The notes beneath the pieces were generated by a model. That model worked only from the letters and a program-made list of their open reading frames with translations, ran no database searches and was not told where the DNA came from. A program made the translations under genes and the position numbers. 54,713 bases of DNA from contig NC_057718.1 in assembly GCF_004010195.1 (NCBI RefSeq), forward strand, positions 23,768,287 to 23,822,999. The letters run 5' to 3'. How positions within the stretch are numbered: position 1 is the stretch's first letter; each line of letters opens with the position of its first letter. Below are positions 12,439-24,502 of this stretch, piece by piece. The DNA is from Chiloscyllium plagiosum. Its lineage: Eukaryota.

Positions 12439-13859
12439 TGTTAATACACACACAAATACAAAGACCCCAATGGACACAGATGCACGCACACACACTTATA
12501 CACACACATACATGTATACACACACATACCCACACACACACATCCACACATGCACATAATATATGCACACATACTTGCCGACACAGACAGACACACACAC
12601 ACATGAAATTAGCTAAATCACAAACTGTAACTTGAAAGGAATGAGGACACTAAAGCTAGGACAATAATAATAATAATAATAATGAACAATCCTGTCAAAA
12701 GAGGAAGCGGGCTGAGCATGTTAATGAAAAGATGAAGTTGAACAAAAGGAAAAGCTGTCTCATTATGTCACCAGGAGTTACATATTTTATAACTGGCCTC
12801 TGATATCTCCCATCCTGACCTGAATCCATTTGTATGTGATAGCTTTCAGTACTTAGAAACAGTAAAGTGAGAGAGTTCTTACTTGAACTTACTTGAAAAA
12901 GTTCTTATTTGAGAGGTAAATGCTTCAAGGTGACCACAGCATACCACTTGACCTAGAGTATCGCACAGGTTCATTCCAATCTGAAACAACTGATTTTTAA
13001 ATTTCTCACACCTCCCAGACCTGACTGCTCAGCTCAGGATTTCAAAGTTGCTCCTTCTTGAATTTCTTTAACAGGTCAACTAACCCACTGGGTACTGAAG
13101 GGAGTCAGGTCTGTGCAAAGCCTGTTTTAAGCCAAATTTCCCAGGGATTGCCCCTACCATGGAACACCACATTTCTGGCCTGAACATCGGATTTGGCTTT
13201 TTGAAAAATGTGGAGCTGATCTGGGAATCTGCCAGCGCAGCACAATAGAGGCCAAGCTGCACCCCCTTTGTGAAAGCAGGAATTGCTGGATTCCAAGGGT
13301 TAAAGGACCCAAAAGCATTTTGACAAGCTACAGGGAGAAAGTGAGCGTGTCAGTTAATTGGGTGAGGAAGGAGGGTGATAGCTAGGTGAGGGATAATGCA
13401 GCAGCTAATTGGGTGAGAGGCTAGGATGCGGTTCAGAGCAGTTGAGTGGGATCAGAGGTGTATCAGGGTTGGGGTCAGGTCAGGGTGTGATTTGAAATGA
13501 CATTGTGTCAGGAGGGATGCTGGGTCAGATCAGGGAGACCAAGCTGGGGGTGGGGAGGAAGAGGTATTGGAGGGTGTGAAGACCCTGGGTTTTAGTGGCT
13601 CGAGTCTGGGAGATGATGGATGGAGATGGCTGTTAGGTCAGGTTGAATTGGAGGGGGGTGGGTAGGGGTCATTGGAAAGGTTTAATCAGGGTGGGGGAGG
13701 GATCGTGGTGGGGGGGGGTTGAAGAACTCATGGTTAACCAGGAATTAGAGTAGGTTTTAGTTTCTCTAACTCCCCTGGGTAACTGTCAGTATAGGTCATA
13801 ATCCTTCAAGCATATGACTAATTCAGAGATATAGACTTTCCTTGAGAGTTCATGATATA

Positions 13860-14100
13860 ATTAAGAGTCAACCATTATGCTGTGGTCTGATTTTACATGT
13901 AGACCAGACTGGGGGAAAGTATAGCAAATCTTCATTGGAGGACATGAACGACTTCTTACAACAACTTTGGGGGGCTGGTTTCATGATCAATATTGCTGGA
14001 AATAACTTTAAATTCCAGATTAATGGATTGAATTAAATTTCTGCTCATTTTCATGTGGGGTTTGAGCCCTTCCATCCAGAATCTTAACCTGGGTCTCTGG
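13860..14100 (-). mobile_element. tRNA-derived SINE (second family), split by the PLE; remainder at about 16074-16115
   Basis: Similar to 31920-32190 and to the reverse complement of 22486-22837. Confidence 0.55.
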
Positions 14101-14106
14101 CTGATT

Positions 14107-16067
14107 TAGGAGAAGGTGAGGACTGCAGATGCTGGAGATCAGAGCCGAAGACAGTGATGCTGGAAAAGCACAGCAGGTCAGGCAGCATCTGAGGAGCAGG
14201 AGAATCGACATTTCAGGATAAGCTCTTCATCAGGAATGAGACTTGTGGACCAAGGGGACTGAGAGATAAATGGGAGGGGGTGGGGCTGTGGGGAAAGTAG
14301 TTGAGAATTCGATAAGTAGATGAAGGTGGGGATAATGGTGACAGGGTCAGAGAAAAGGATGGAGCGGACAGGTGGAAAGGAAGATGGACAGGTCATAAGG
14401 GTGGGGCTGAGTTGGAAGGTTGGATCTGGGATAAGGTGGGAGGAGGGGAAATTAGGAAACTGGTGAAATCCACATTGATCCTATGTGATTGGAGGGTCCC
14501 AAAGCGGAATATGAGGCGTTCCTCCTCCAGGTGTCGGTTGGTAAAAGTTTGGCAGTGGAGGAGGCCCAGGACCTGCATGCCCTTGGCGGAGTGGGAGGGG
14601 GAGACAATAGACAATAGGTGCAGGAGTAGGCCATTCTGCCCTTTGAGCCTGCACCACCATTCAATATGATCATGGCTGATCATCCTTAATCAGTATCCTG
14701 TTCCTGCCTTATCTCCATAACCCTTGATTCCACTATCCTTGAGAGCTCTATCCAACTCTTTCTTAAATGAATCCCGAGACTGGGCCTCCACTGCCCTCTG
14801 GGGCAGAGCATTCCACACAGCCACCACTCTCTGGGTGAAGAAGTTTCTCCTCATCTCTGTCCTAAATGGTCTACCCCGTATTTTTAAGCTGTGTCCTCTG
14901 GTTTGGCACTCACCCATCAGCAGAAACATGTTTCCTGCCTCCAGAGTGTCCAATCCTTTAAAGTCCTTTAGAGTTAAAGTGTTTGGCCACAAGGCAGTGT
15001 GGTTGTTTCGTTCATGTGTCCTAGAGATGTTCTCTGAAACATTCCCCAAGTTGGCATCCTGTCTCCCCAATGTAGAGGAGAGCACATCGAGAGCAACGGA
15101 CATAGTAGATGACATATGTGGAAGTACAAGTAAATCTCCAACGGATGCGGAAGGATCCTTTGGGGCCTTGGACGGAGGTGAGGGGGGAGGTGTGGGCACA
15201 GGTTTTGCAATTCTTAGGGGGAGAGCGGGATCATGGGGAGGCATGGTCCTGACAAGGTAGCCGCAGAGGAAATGGTCTTTACAGAACTCAGATAGGGGTG
15301 GGGAGGGAAATATGCCCCTGGTGGTGGGGTCTGTTTATAGGTGGTAGAAATGGCGGAGGATGATGCAATGTATCAGGAGGTTGATGGGGTGGAGGTGAAG
15401 ACCAGTGGGGTTCTGTCCAGGTCACCTTCATCCGAGATCCCAAAGGATCTTTCCACATCCACCAGAGATTTACCTGTACTTCCACACACATCATCTACTG
15501 TGTCCGTTGCTCCTGATGTGGTTTCCTCCAAACTGGGGAGACAGGACGTCAACTTGTGGAATGTTGCAGAGAACATCTCCAGAACATATGCACGAAACAA
15601 CCCCACTTCCCCGTGGCCGAACACTCTGCCATAGACATGCAGACCCTGGGCCTCCTCCACCGCCAAACCCTTACCACCTGACACCTGGATGAAACGCCTC
15701 AACCTCCACCTTGGGACCCTCCAACTACAAGGGATCAATGTGGATTTCACCAGTTTCCTCATTTCCCCTCTCCCCACCTTATCCCAGATCCAACCTTCCA
15801 ACTCAGCACCACCCTCTTGACCTGTCCTACCTGTCAATCTTCCTTCCCACCCTATCCACTCCACCCTCTTCTCCAACCTATTGCTTTCACCCCTAACTTC
15901 ATCGACCTATCGCATTCCCAGGAACCTTCCCCCCAGCCCCACCCCTCACCCGTTTATCTCTCAGCCCCCTTGGGCCATAAGCCTCATTCCTGACGAAGGG
16001 CTTATGCTCGAATTGTTGATTCTCCTGCTCCTGACCGGCTGTGCTTTTCCAGCACCCCACTCTTCGA
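14107..16067. mobile_element. Penelope-like element (Neptune-like) fold-back insertion: minus arm about 14107-15418, plus arm about 15419-16067
   Basis: Both arms carry GIY-YIG remnants (FTCTSTHVIYYVRCSRC..LYIGETGCQLGECFREH; LEEERLIFRFGTLQ) and the same terminal repeat in opposite orientation. Confidence 0.88.
14602..14970 (-). mobile_element. Young 5'-truncated CR1 LINE nested in the PLE
   Basis: Open frame KGLDTLEAGNMF..TRGHSLKIRGRPFRTEMRRNFFTQRVVAVWNALP..FKKELDRAL with a (CTATTGT)n tail; the PLE sequence resumes exactly after it. Confidence 0.92.
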
Positions 16068-16242
16068 CTCTGGATTACCTGACGAGTGCCAATACCACCA
16101 TGTCACCAACCTTCCCTGTAAATAGATCATTTTTCTAAATATTCAGTACCGGACTTTGAAATAATTATTGTGGAGAGACTTGGAGCATATTTATAATGCA
16201 CCAATGTTTACCAGAGAGGTCAATCGTAAGACTTTTGTTACA

Positions 16243-17213
16243 AGTGGAATCTTCTGGCCTGGATGGCAGTGAGCCAACTGATGGGTAGGAAATTTAAATA
16301 GGTGATTGGCTGATGCCCCAGAATACCAGCACTTTTCTGCCTCCACATAAAAACAGGAGGACCTTAATCTAACCTTCCCACCCTGACATTAATTGAGGTT
16401 TAAGCGATAGATAAATTTTCACTCAAGAGGCCTATTCTTACTTGGGTTCTCACATTACAGATGTGATGAGGTAGAGTCAGTCTATCCAACAGGTAATTCA
16501 GGCTGGGCAAGCTGTCCATTTGAGGATGAACCCATAAACCCCCACACAGTGAGATCGTACCACCCATCTATTTCATGGTCACCCTTCCATCCTAGAGAGC
16601 AGTGGGTACTATAGCCCTGGCACCATCCCATTTCCCTCTTTGTGGCACTGCCAACTGCTTGAACTGAGTTTCTGATTGACGCACAACTTTTGGCAGGCAG
16701 TACTTCCTCAATTGGGTCCTATTCCCAGTAGGAAGTCTGTGGGCCACCAATGAGTGGTATAGTGGATCAGTGGTTAGGACTGCTGCCTCACAGCGCAACG
16801 CACCCAGGTTCACTTCCAGCCTCGGGTGACTGCATGGAGTTGCACATTCTCCTCATGTCAACATGAGTTTCCTCCGGCTACTCCGGTTTCCTCCCATAGT
16901 CTGAAGATGTGCAGGTTAGGGTGGATTGCCCATGCTAAATTGCCCATATTGTCCAGGGTTGTGCAGGCTAGGTGGGTTAGTCATGATAAATGTGGGGTTA
17001 CCAGGATAGGGCAGGGGGTCTAGGTCTGGGAGGAATGCTCTTTGGAGGACCTTGATGGGCTGAATGGCCTCTTTCTCCACTGTAGGGACGCTATGACTCA
17101 ATTACTTAAGTGCCTGATTGTCAGAAGTTCGAGTAGGTCCTAACAGGCCACTTGTCTCTTGTTGTAATCTCTCCTGCCTTCCAATTTATTCTAAAACTGG
17201 AAAGATTTCACCC
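16243..17213. mobile_element. Degraded non-autonomous DNA-transposon-like element (contains an HE1 SINE)
   Basis: Imperfect inverted ends gtggaatcttctgg ... ctggaaagatttcaccc. Confidence 0.35.
16752..17097 (+). mobile_element. HE1-type V-SINE
   Basis: agtggatcagtggttaggactgctgcctcacagcg head, V-domain, and tail ending ccactgtagggacgctatga. Confidence 0.88.
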
Positions 17214-17389
17214 TGTGAGTATACTGTGGTAGAAAATAATAGGCTTCAAATGTACACTCAACATTTCACACAAATAATATCTGGATCATAACTGGGTTAT
17301 GTAACATACAAAAGAGATTCCCTCACAAGAAGGAGGAGTTAAAATATGGTCCATCCTACCCTTTCTGTCTATGAGTGACTCCATGCATG

Positions 17390-18645
17390 AGTAGACAAGC
17401 AGGAGGCTGGAAGAACCCAGCATGCCAGGCACGATCAGGGGTTGCAGAAGTTGACATTTTGGGTGTAACCCTTCTTCAGGACTGAGGGTGAGTGTGGGGG
17501 GAAGCTGCAGATAAAGGGGGTGGTGGGGGCAGGGTGGTGAAGTGGGGATAGATGAAGACAGGTAGGGTGTACGACCTGGTTGGTCAACGGGAGAAATGAA
17601 TCCGGTTGGTGGCAGGGAGGGATGGAAGGGGGGGGAGGGGCTGGGAAGGGAGTCGGACGATGGGGAGGGAGGTTATTTGAAATTGGAGAACTCAGTGTTG
17701 AGCCCTCCAGGCTGTAGGGTGCCCAGGTGGAAGGTAAGGTGTTGTTCCTCCAAGAGGAGCTGTGGTTTGTTTTGGCAATGGAGGAGGCCAAGGATGGTCA
17801 TGTTGGAAAGGGGGGAAAACTGAAATGGGCGGTGACTGGGAGGTCTAGTCAGCCCCTGCGGACCCAGCTGCAATGCTCAGTGAGCCATTCCCTAACTTTA
17901 CATTCGGTCTCCCCGATCTAGCGATGTCCACATCGGGAGCACCTGATGCAGTAAACTAGGTTGGAAGAGAAGCAGTTGAATTTTTGTCTCACCTGGAAGG
18001 ACTGTTTGGAGCCCTGGATGGAAGTGACAGTGTTGGTGTACCAGCAGGTTTTGCATCTTTCCTGGTCACAGGGGAATGTACCTTGGGGTTTGATGGCAGG
18101 AGCGGCGTGAACCAAGGTTTGTCAGAGGGAACGGTCCTTGCAGAAGGCACAGAGGGGTGGGGAGTGGACGATGTTCTTGATGGTGGTGTCTATTTGGAGT
18201 TGGTGAAAGTGTTTGAGGATGATGCGTTTGAGACTGGTGGGGTGGTGGTTGAGGACAAGGGGGACTGACTTTATTGCGTTGGGAAGGGGGGTGTTTAGAG
18301 CGTTGGAATGGGGAATGGAGGTGGTGCCGCAGAGGGCTGTCTGGGTGACAGAGAGGAATAGCACATTGTTCAAAAGGTGAGGGAGGTGGTGTACTGGCAG
18401 GTTTTGCATCTTTTCTGGTTGCAGTGGATGATACCTGGGGGTTTGGTGTTGGGGGTGGCATTGACCAAGGACTGTCAGAGGGAACGGTCCTTGAAGAAGA
18501 CCCCCACACCCACCCCCAGTCCTGAAGAAGGGTTCCACCCAAACCATTGACTTCTCCACCTCCTGATACTGCCTGGCTTGCTGTGTTCTTCCAGCCTCCT
18601 GCCTGTCGACTTTTGATTCCAGCATCTGCGGTTTTTCTATCGCTA
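17390..18645. mobile_element. Penelope-like element (second subfamily): long minus arm plus a short inverted terminal repeat
   Basis: Minus strand encodes GTFPCDQERCKTC (Zn linker), FNCFSSNLVYCIRCSRCG (GIY-YIG) and LEEQHLTFHLGTLQPGGLNTEF. The plus-strand terminal repeat lies at about 18500-18640. Confidence 0.88.
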
Positions 18646-18791
18646 TCTATGCAAATGTGGCAGAGTCCTGCACAACTCTCCCTCGTGTTCTCCTGGACAG
18701 AAAATATTGTATAACATAGAACATCATAAGAGGACAGGAGGAAGAATAGAACCCAACAGGAAAAATGGGTAAAACCACCAAATGACACACA

Positions 18792-18892
18792 GGCTCATTC
18801 CTGAAGAAGGGCATATGCCCGAAACATCGATTCTCCTGCTCCTTGGATGCTGCCTGACCTGCTGCGCTTTTCCAGCAACACATTTTTCAGCT
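18792..18892 (+). mobile_element. 101-bp solo PLE terminal-repeat unit
   Basis: 13-bp TSD caaatgacacaca at 18779-18791 and 18893-18905. Confidence 0.85.
18797..18832 (+). ncRNA. Minimal type I hammerhead ribozyme motif
   Basis: CUGAAGA-A-GGGC(AUAU)GCCC-GAAAC-AUC. Confidence 0.65.
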
Positions 18893-19677
18893 CAAATGAC
18901 ACACACGATTGTCCAGCTCGTATTGTATACTTCCAAAGTGAGGACCAGTATATTTGTTTCCAGATGTTATTGGTTTTTTTGTTTTCACTGCAATATTAAA
19001 CATAATTATGAATTATACTCTTTGCAGATTTTCTTCTTGTTTTAATGTGGTACTGAATTGACTGCAGCAAGTTATTTGGCGCCTCGGTGATTTCCATGAG
19101 CCAAGTCGTGTCATGAAAGGTAAAACCTTCAACTCTATTTATTTGAAGGGAGAAAATATATTCGCTTCTCAAAGTCTTGAATGAGTCAAATGTCTACTTA
19201 ATAGAAACATCAAAATGAAACAAAAGATTATATTTCCATCTTGTTTGGCGGGTTGAGAATCTGAGACATTTCCCCTGGACAAGATGTCTCATGATTGTAA
19301 ACTATAATCTGTTTCAGTCACTACTTCTGTTAGGGATTGGAGTGAGAACAGAACTTCAGCAGGCAATAAGTGAGAATGAGTAAGGAGAGACTGGCTGGAA
19401 AGCGGATGAGTGCACAGTTCTTTCATTTCTGATGCCAACAGCTAAAATCTTGCTGGACCAGGAAACACAAGTTCCACATCTGGAGATCACTCCAGGAAAC
19501 AATCTCTCATTTTGAGTTGTGACCAGGACACCCTCTTAATTAGCAAGGAGACAGGTTCCCTGATTAATTAAATGTGGCAGGCAGTCGATGAAAAATGGGG
19601 GCAGCTCATCAAAGGTCCTCAAGCCAAATGGTGGGAATCACAGATTACAGTGAGAGGATGCTAAGAACTGAAGATAT

Positions 19678-19932
19678 ATCATAGCATCCCTACAGTGTGG
19701 AAGCAGGCCATTCAGCCCATAAAATCTACACTGACCCTCTGAACAGTATCCCACCCAGGCCCAACCCCTTACATTTCCCATGGCCAATCCACCTAACCTG
19801 CACATCTTTGGAAGGAAACCCACACAGACATAGGGAGAATGTGTAAATTCCACACAGACAGTCACCCAAGGTTAGAATTGAACTTGGGTCCCTGATGCTG
19901 TGAGGCAACAGCAACACTGAGCCACCATGCCA
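19678..19932 (-). mobile_element. HE1-type V-SINE
   Basis: Head, V-domain and tail on the reverse strand. Confidence 0.85.
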
Positions 19933-20513
19933 GCTATTGTGCCTATGCTAAATATGTGCATATGCTACCTGCAGCCAAGAGACATGGGAATGGAAGTTTC
20001 AGTGTGATGTGAAAAAGAGAATTATATGAGGATACTGATTTTCCTGCTAATACTATAGCAATTTCTCTTCCTCTAGACAGTGATTTTTCTCAGATTATCT
20101 TTTCAGTATGAGTTAGCTCCTTGTCAGGCAATAACATGTCAGAAACTTCATCATGTCATGTGTCATCACCATCTGTAGTGAAGATAAGTTTCAGACTCAG
20201 AGCAATTACTTCTTGTATGCCTACTGCACTGTTAAGATTTGTAATAAGCACCTTGGAATTTTTCTGATCTCAAGACTTGAGTACCGATTCAACAACATTA
20301 GGCATTTGTATACAACAGCTATCATGAGAATACTTTTGGCATTTCTTCATATGATGGCTTTCTTGCATCAAGTGGTAATTACCACTTGTCATTGTTGCCA
20401 TCTACAGAATGAACTGACTGATATGCATCTTTATCCCTTTTGTGAAAAGCATGCTGATCCTTCACAGCAAAGGCATCAGGACTGAACTCGTCTGTGCTAT
20501 CTTCAAAGAGTAA

Positions 20514-20612
20514 TGATTTGGAGATGCCGGTGTTGAACTGGGGCGTTGTTCCAAAAGCTAGTGCTTCCAATTAAACCTGTTGGACTATAACCTGGTGTTG
20601 TGTGATTTTTAA
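20514..20612. mobile_element. Short 5'-inverted PLE terminal fragment (third family)
   Basis: Flanking direct repeat cttcaaagagtaa at 20501-20513 and 20613-20625. Its two halves are in opposite orientation relative to the colinear copy at 50724-50825. Confidence 0.75.
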
Positions 20613-21338
20613 CTTCAAAGAGTAAGATAAGGTTCAGGACCTCTTACTGCAATAAGTCGTTAATATCAGTGACACTTTGTTTGTCATTCTCCACTTTCCT
20701 CTCTCATTTCAGGTCTAGAATATCATTAGGCAGCTGGTCACTTTAGCCCTCAATGTACTTCTCTCCCACTCCTACTTGCCTACCTCAAAGAGAATGGAAA
20801 GAACTTTTATTTCCTCCAAATGTAGTTTCTTCACTGAATGCTGATCTGCTGCTGTAATAATTTCTTTGCAATATTGAATGAACTTGAATTTCTTCTGCAG
20901 CTGGTAAATAAAGAAGATTCCAAGCTACACACATTTCTCTGTTCTGTTTTTAATGAAGCAAAATATTGATTAGAAATGATGTACAAAGTTTCAATGACCT
21001 CTCTCTGATTATATTGAAATATGGCGTGCATCTGTCCGTGCCCACTGAGTAAAATAACTCCTGCACCATTCAGTTGAAGGGGTTTAGAGAAATTCAGGTT
21101 TCAGCCATGGTGTCATTTCTGAAAGAATAGACACCTCTACTCTTGTGTTCAGTTAAAATCCCTGTTCCTACCATTGACCATGATATTTACATACTGGCAA
21201 TTCTCATGTGGAACTACCTTTTCCCCTAAGCAGAGTACATTCTGTTCTTCAGTGCCATCTACCACTTGGTGACTTGCATGTTGCAGTGTTCTGGTTTTAG
21301 ACTTTTCTGCCACAGATGGAAGTCCCTTACTGATGCAG

Positions 21339-21431
21339 AGCTGGAAATGTGTTGCTGGAAAAGCGCAGCAGGTCAGGCAGCATCCAGGGAACAGGAGAAT
21401 CGACGTTTCGGGCATAAGCCCTTCTTCAGGA
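21339..21431 (-). mobile_element. 93-bp solo PLE terminal-repeat unit
   Basis: Flanking direct repeat atgcag at 21333-21338 and 21432-21437; closely similar to 18792-18892. Confidence 0.85.
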
Positions 21432-21433
21432 AT
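21398..21433 (-). ncRNA. Minimal type I hammerhead ribozyme motif
   Basis: Reverse strand: AUUC-CUGAAGA-A-GGGC(UUAU)GCCC-GAAAC-GUC-GAUU. Confidence 0.72.
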
Positions 21434-22485
21434 GCAGCAAAGTAAATAGTCTCTCTTGTGGTATGCATGGCTTTCAGTGTTAATTGCTCCCAGTACAGTT
21501 TCACTATCATCACAATGAGGGCACGTAGAAATAACATTGAATGCACTCTCTTCCCAATCTTCCTGTCTTTTTTGCTGGTACATTGACAGCCTCTGATTAG
21601 TTAACTGGATGAAATCAGAGTCAGTGATCAAGAGCAGAGAGTCTCTCTGTCTCCTCAGACGAACCTTCTGTACTATTTGTGAAATTCAGCCTGTCTGGCT
21701 AACTATGCTGCTTCAGCCAATGTAAGGTCCTGTTTGGATACAGGTAATTCAGATTTCCTTCTGTAACCCAACCTCTCTGAGCCATCAGATGCCTCCTAGC
21801 TCCAAAGAGCAGCTCTGTTCCTACATGCTGCCTCTTCCTCTGCCCGTCGCCCCAATTGTATTCATTGGCCTGTGAGAGGACTCCTCCCATTATGGCTGTC
21901 CTGGGTCTTGTGGTTGGGTTTTCACTTGATTGCCACCGCTCAAGTGCACCAGCCTGAGGGCAACCAAGTCCTCCCCATACTCTGTGACTGCTGAATTGCA
22001 AATGGGCTGCCACTGTCTTCAGCAGGGACATAAGCTGAGAATAAACTGCAGAGAGAGAGACTCCAAAAGCCCCCAACCCACATGTGCTACCTGCTTTTGA
22101 AGCATTCTTTGGTAAGCATTCAAAAACAGTGAATGCTTTTCCATTCAATGATGTAGTCATTGCGGTATGTATAGCTGGATGTAGAAGGTATCTTTGTGGA
22201 ATTGCGTATCACAGGATGAGAAGGTGAGGTAGATAAAAAAAAAATCCAGTGCAGGGTGGAATAATTACATTAGATTTGCAAACGCTAATGGAGATCTGAT
22301 TTAAAAAAATGAAGGGGACCAACTTTTCTGCCAGTGGCCTTCTTCCAGTTGTCAGCAGGGGAGTTCCAGGCCTGAAATGCTTCAGCGACCCAGCAGGTCC
22401 AGCAGCATATGTGAAGGGACAACTAGAGTTACCTTTTCATACTAGTGACCTTGTACCAGAATTGAAAATGTCACAAGTACGTCAG

Positions 22486-22837
22486 GGGAGGTGGTGGTAG
22501 CCTAGTGGTAATATGGTCAGACTAGAAACGCAGGTCAATGTTATGAAGACATGGGTTTCAATTCACACTTGATAGATGGTGAAATCTGAATGCATTATAA
22601 AGTCTGAGATAACAAATTGACCTATAAGTGACCATTTAACCATTGTCAATTGTTGTGAAAGTCCATTTAATTCACCAATGTCCTTCAGGGATGGAAATCT
22701 ACCGTCCTTACTTGCACTAACCTATGATAACTCCTGACCTACAGCAATATAGTTGACTATTAACTGCCCTCTTGGCAGTTAAGGATGGGCAATAAATGCT
22801 ACCCCAGACACAACACATGAGTAATTTTTTTAAAAAA
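22486..22837 (+). mobile_element. tRNA-derived SINE (second family)
   Basis: A-box-like tagcctagtgg, B-box-like gggtttcaattc, and 3' end taaggatgggcaataaatgct...aaaaaa. Confidence 0.6.
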
Positions 22838-24502
22838 GTGCTTTGAGCATGTAACGAGTTCATGAAGCAAAAAGGCGAAGTTTCATGAAGGGATGGAAGT
22901 CGGGAATGCTTAAAAGAACAGCGAAGTATATACAATCAGCTGATGTCTGAAACAAAGGTTGAGCAGTGGTTTTAAAGTGAAATTATTGAATCATATGTTG
23001 AGTCCAGAAGTTTATAATGTGTCTAATCACAGCTAAAATTCAACTGGGATCGCTGTCTATTTCCACCAGGGAGTTAAAATCGCCCTGTGGCCTGTTCTCT
23101 TCTCACCGGTGTAGTTACTGATGGTAATGACATTTGAACCATGGCAAAAAGGAACATTACTGTTAGCGTTCTCACAATAAATCCCATCAGAATGCCACAG
23201 GCATTATTTGCAAAACGCACTTAAGACTGCAATCACCCTGGGACATTCAATCAATGTGAAGACACAAAATGCAAAATATAATTTATGTAATTTGTCCACG
23301 TCAACAGTGTTCTTGGATTATTTTTGCTACAAACTATTATTAGAGATTGCATACAGATCCAGGAAGCCGTATTCAGTAAGTACTCTTCAAGATTGCTTTG
23401 TTTTTCTTATGGGTCCAGAGGGAACAATCACTAACTAATCCCTGAAGTTTGAGACAACAATAGTGTGGAGAGTGACATTTATAGAACCTATTTTCTTTTA
23501 ACTTGCAATCCTGATCAAGAGTAGTCCCTTCAAATCAAAAGGCTATAAATTATAGAAATAAGATAAGCCATAGGTTTTAAATTAAAGGATATGGCAGTAG
23601 TGGTGGTGGGGTGGGGGGGGAGGGGTATATTTGGGTTTTGGGACCATCAACTTGATGGCCATAAAGTGCCAGTCCCATAAGCTAAACGCCACAAAGATTA
23701 CAGGCCTGTAGAGCATCAATGTGCACCGTTTCAAACATCTGCTGAAGTCTGCATGAATTGTGATTGTAGCTTATTTAGACCGGACAATTATAGATGTACG
23801 ATGCTCAGGTTACAGACAAAAGGGACAAATGTGGCTGCAGCTGGGAATATAGTAAAGGCAAAATTCCAAAGTCAGAAGGTCATAATTGTCCTTCTATTGG
23901 GCTCGAAGACAGAAAAATGTGTAACAGCGAGCTGGGAAATGTTTCTGTTTCCTCAGACTTAGTGAAGAAAAGGTTCTTTGTTCATCTGAAGGGTTTCTTT
24001 GAGTGAACTATAACCTTAATTCCGATTTTTACCATTTCAAAATGGAGAAAGTGTGGTATCAACATTTTTGGGGGGCAGTTTTTACTCTAATTCCTCCATC
24101 CAGTCCTTGGCAAACATATGGTCCTGATATCAAAACCTTTTCCTTATTTTTGATGGTCAGCCATTCGCTGAGTAGATTCCAGAGGAATCTCTCCCCCATT
24201 CTGGAATATCAGGATGCAGTGATTTTGCTTCTCAACAGTACTGCTGTTATAATGTTAATGCAGCCTGAGTGTGGATTCAGGGCACCAGCTTATTCAATAG
24301 GGGTTCCAGATGCAGGTTTATCCTTTGTGAATTTCATGCTAATGTAAAAACAAAAGTACTGTAAATAAACCCAAAACTTGCAAGGAGATATTTACAAAAC
24401 TGCTTGATTACAGATTCGTTCCCTGTACAAATCCTAATCTATCTGGAACATATGCCAGGAAATAGCTTTTCAAGTTAATAAGTGGTCAAGAAATGTCTGT
24501 CT

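Larger units (their letters stand above)
11977..12603. repeat. Degenerate (CA)n-rich simple repeat, interrupted by a PLE insertion
   Basis: CA/CACA(T/G)A runs on both sides of 12099-12438. Confidence 0.9.

Noticed and set aside
12048..12635. His/Thr-rich 195-aa ORF
   Set aside because: Translation of CA repeats, a PLE fragment and an N gap.
13330..13720. G-rich tract as a functional G-quadruplex array
   Set aside because: Irregular low-complexity interior of an old repeat; nothing indicates function.
18122..18478. In-frame TGA at the same position in both duplicated PLE linker copies, as possible selenocysteine
   Set aside because: It aligns with Arg in the related copy (DHSLRDSLV, ORF 51561-51863), so CGA>TGA CpG decay explains it; no SECIS element recognised.
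18066..18788. 240-aa minus-strand ORF, and the 251-aa (51890-52645) and 194-aa (51153-51737) ORFs
   Set aside because: Off-frame or antisense readings of C-rich PLE sequence; no host-protein features.
21149..21631. 160-aa ORF with a CPHC motif
   Set aside because: It runs through a PLE insertion, has no credible start or homology, and a lone CxxC is not evidence.
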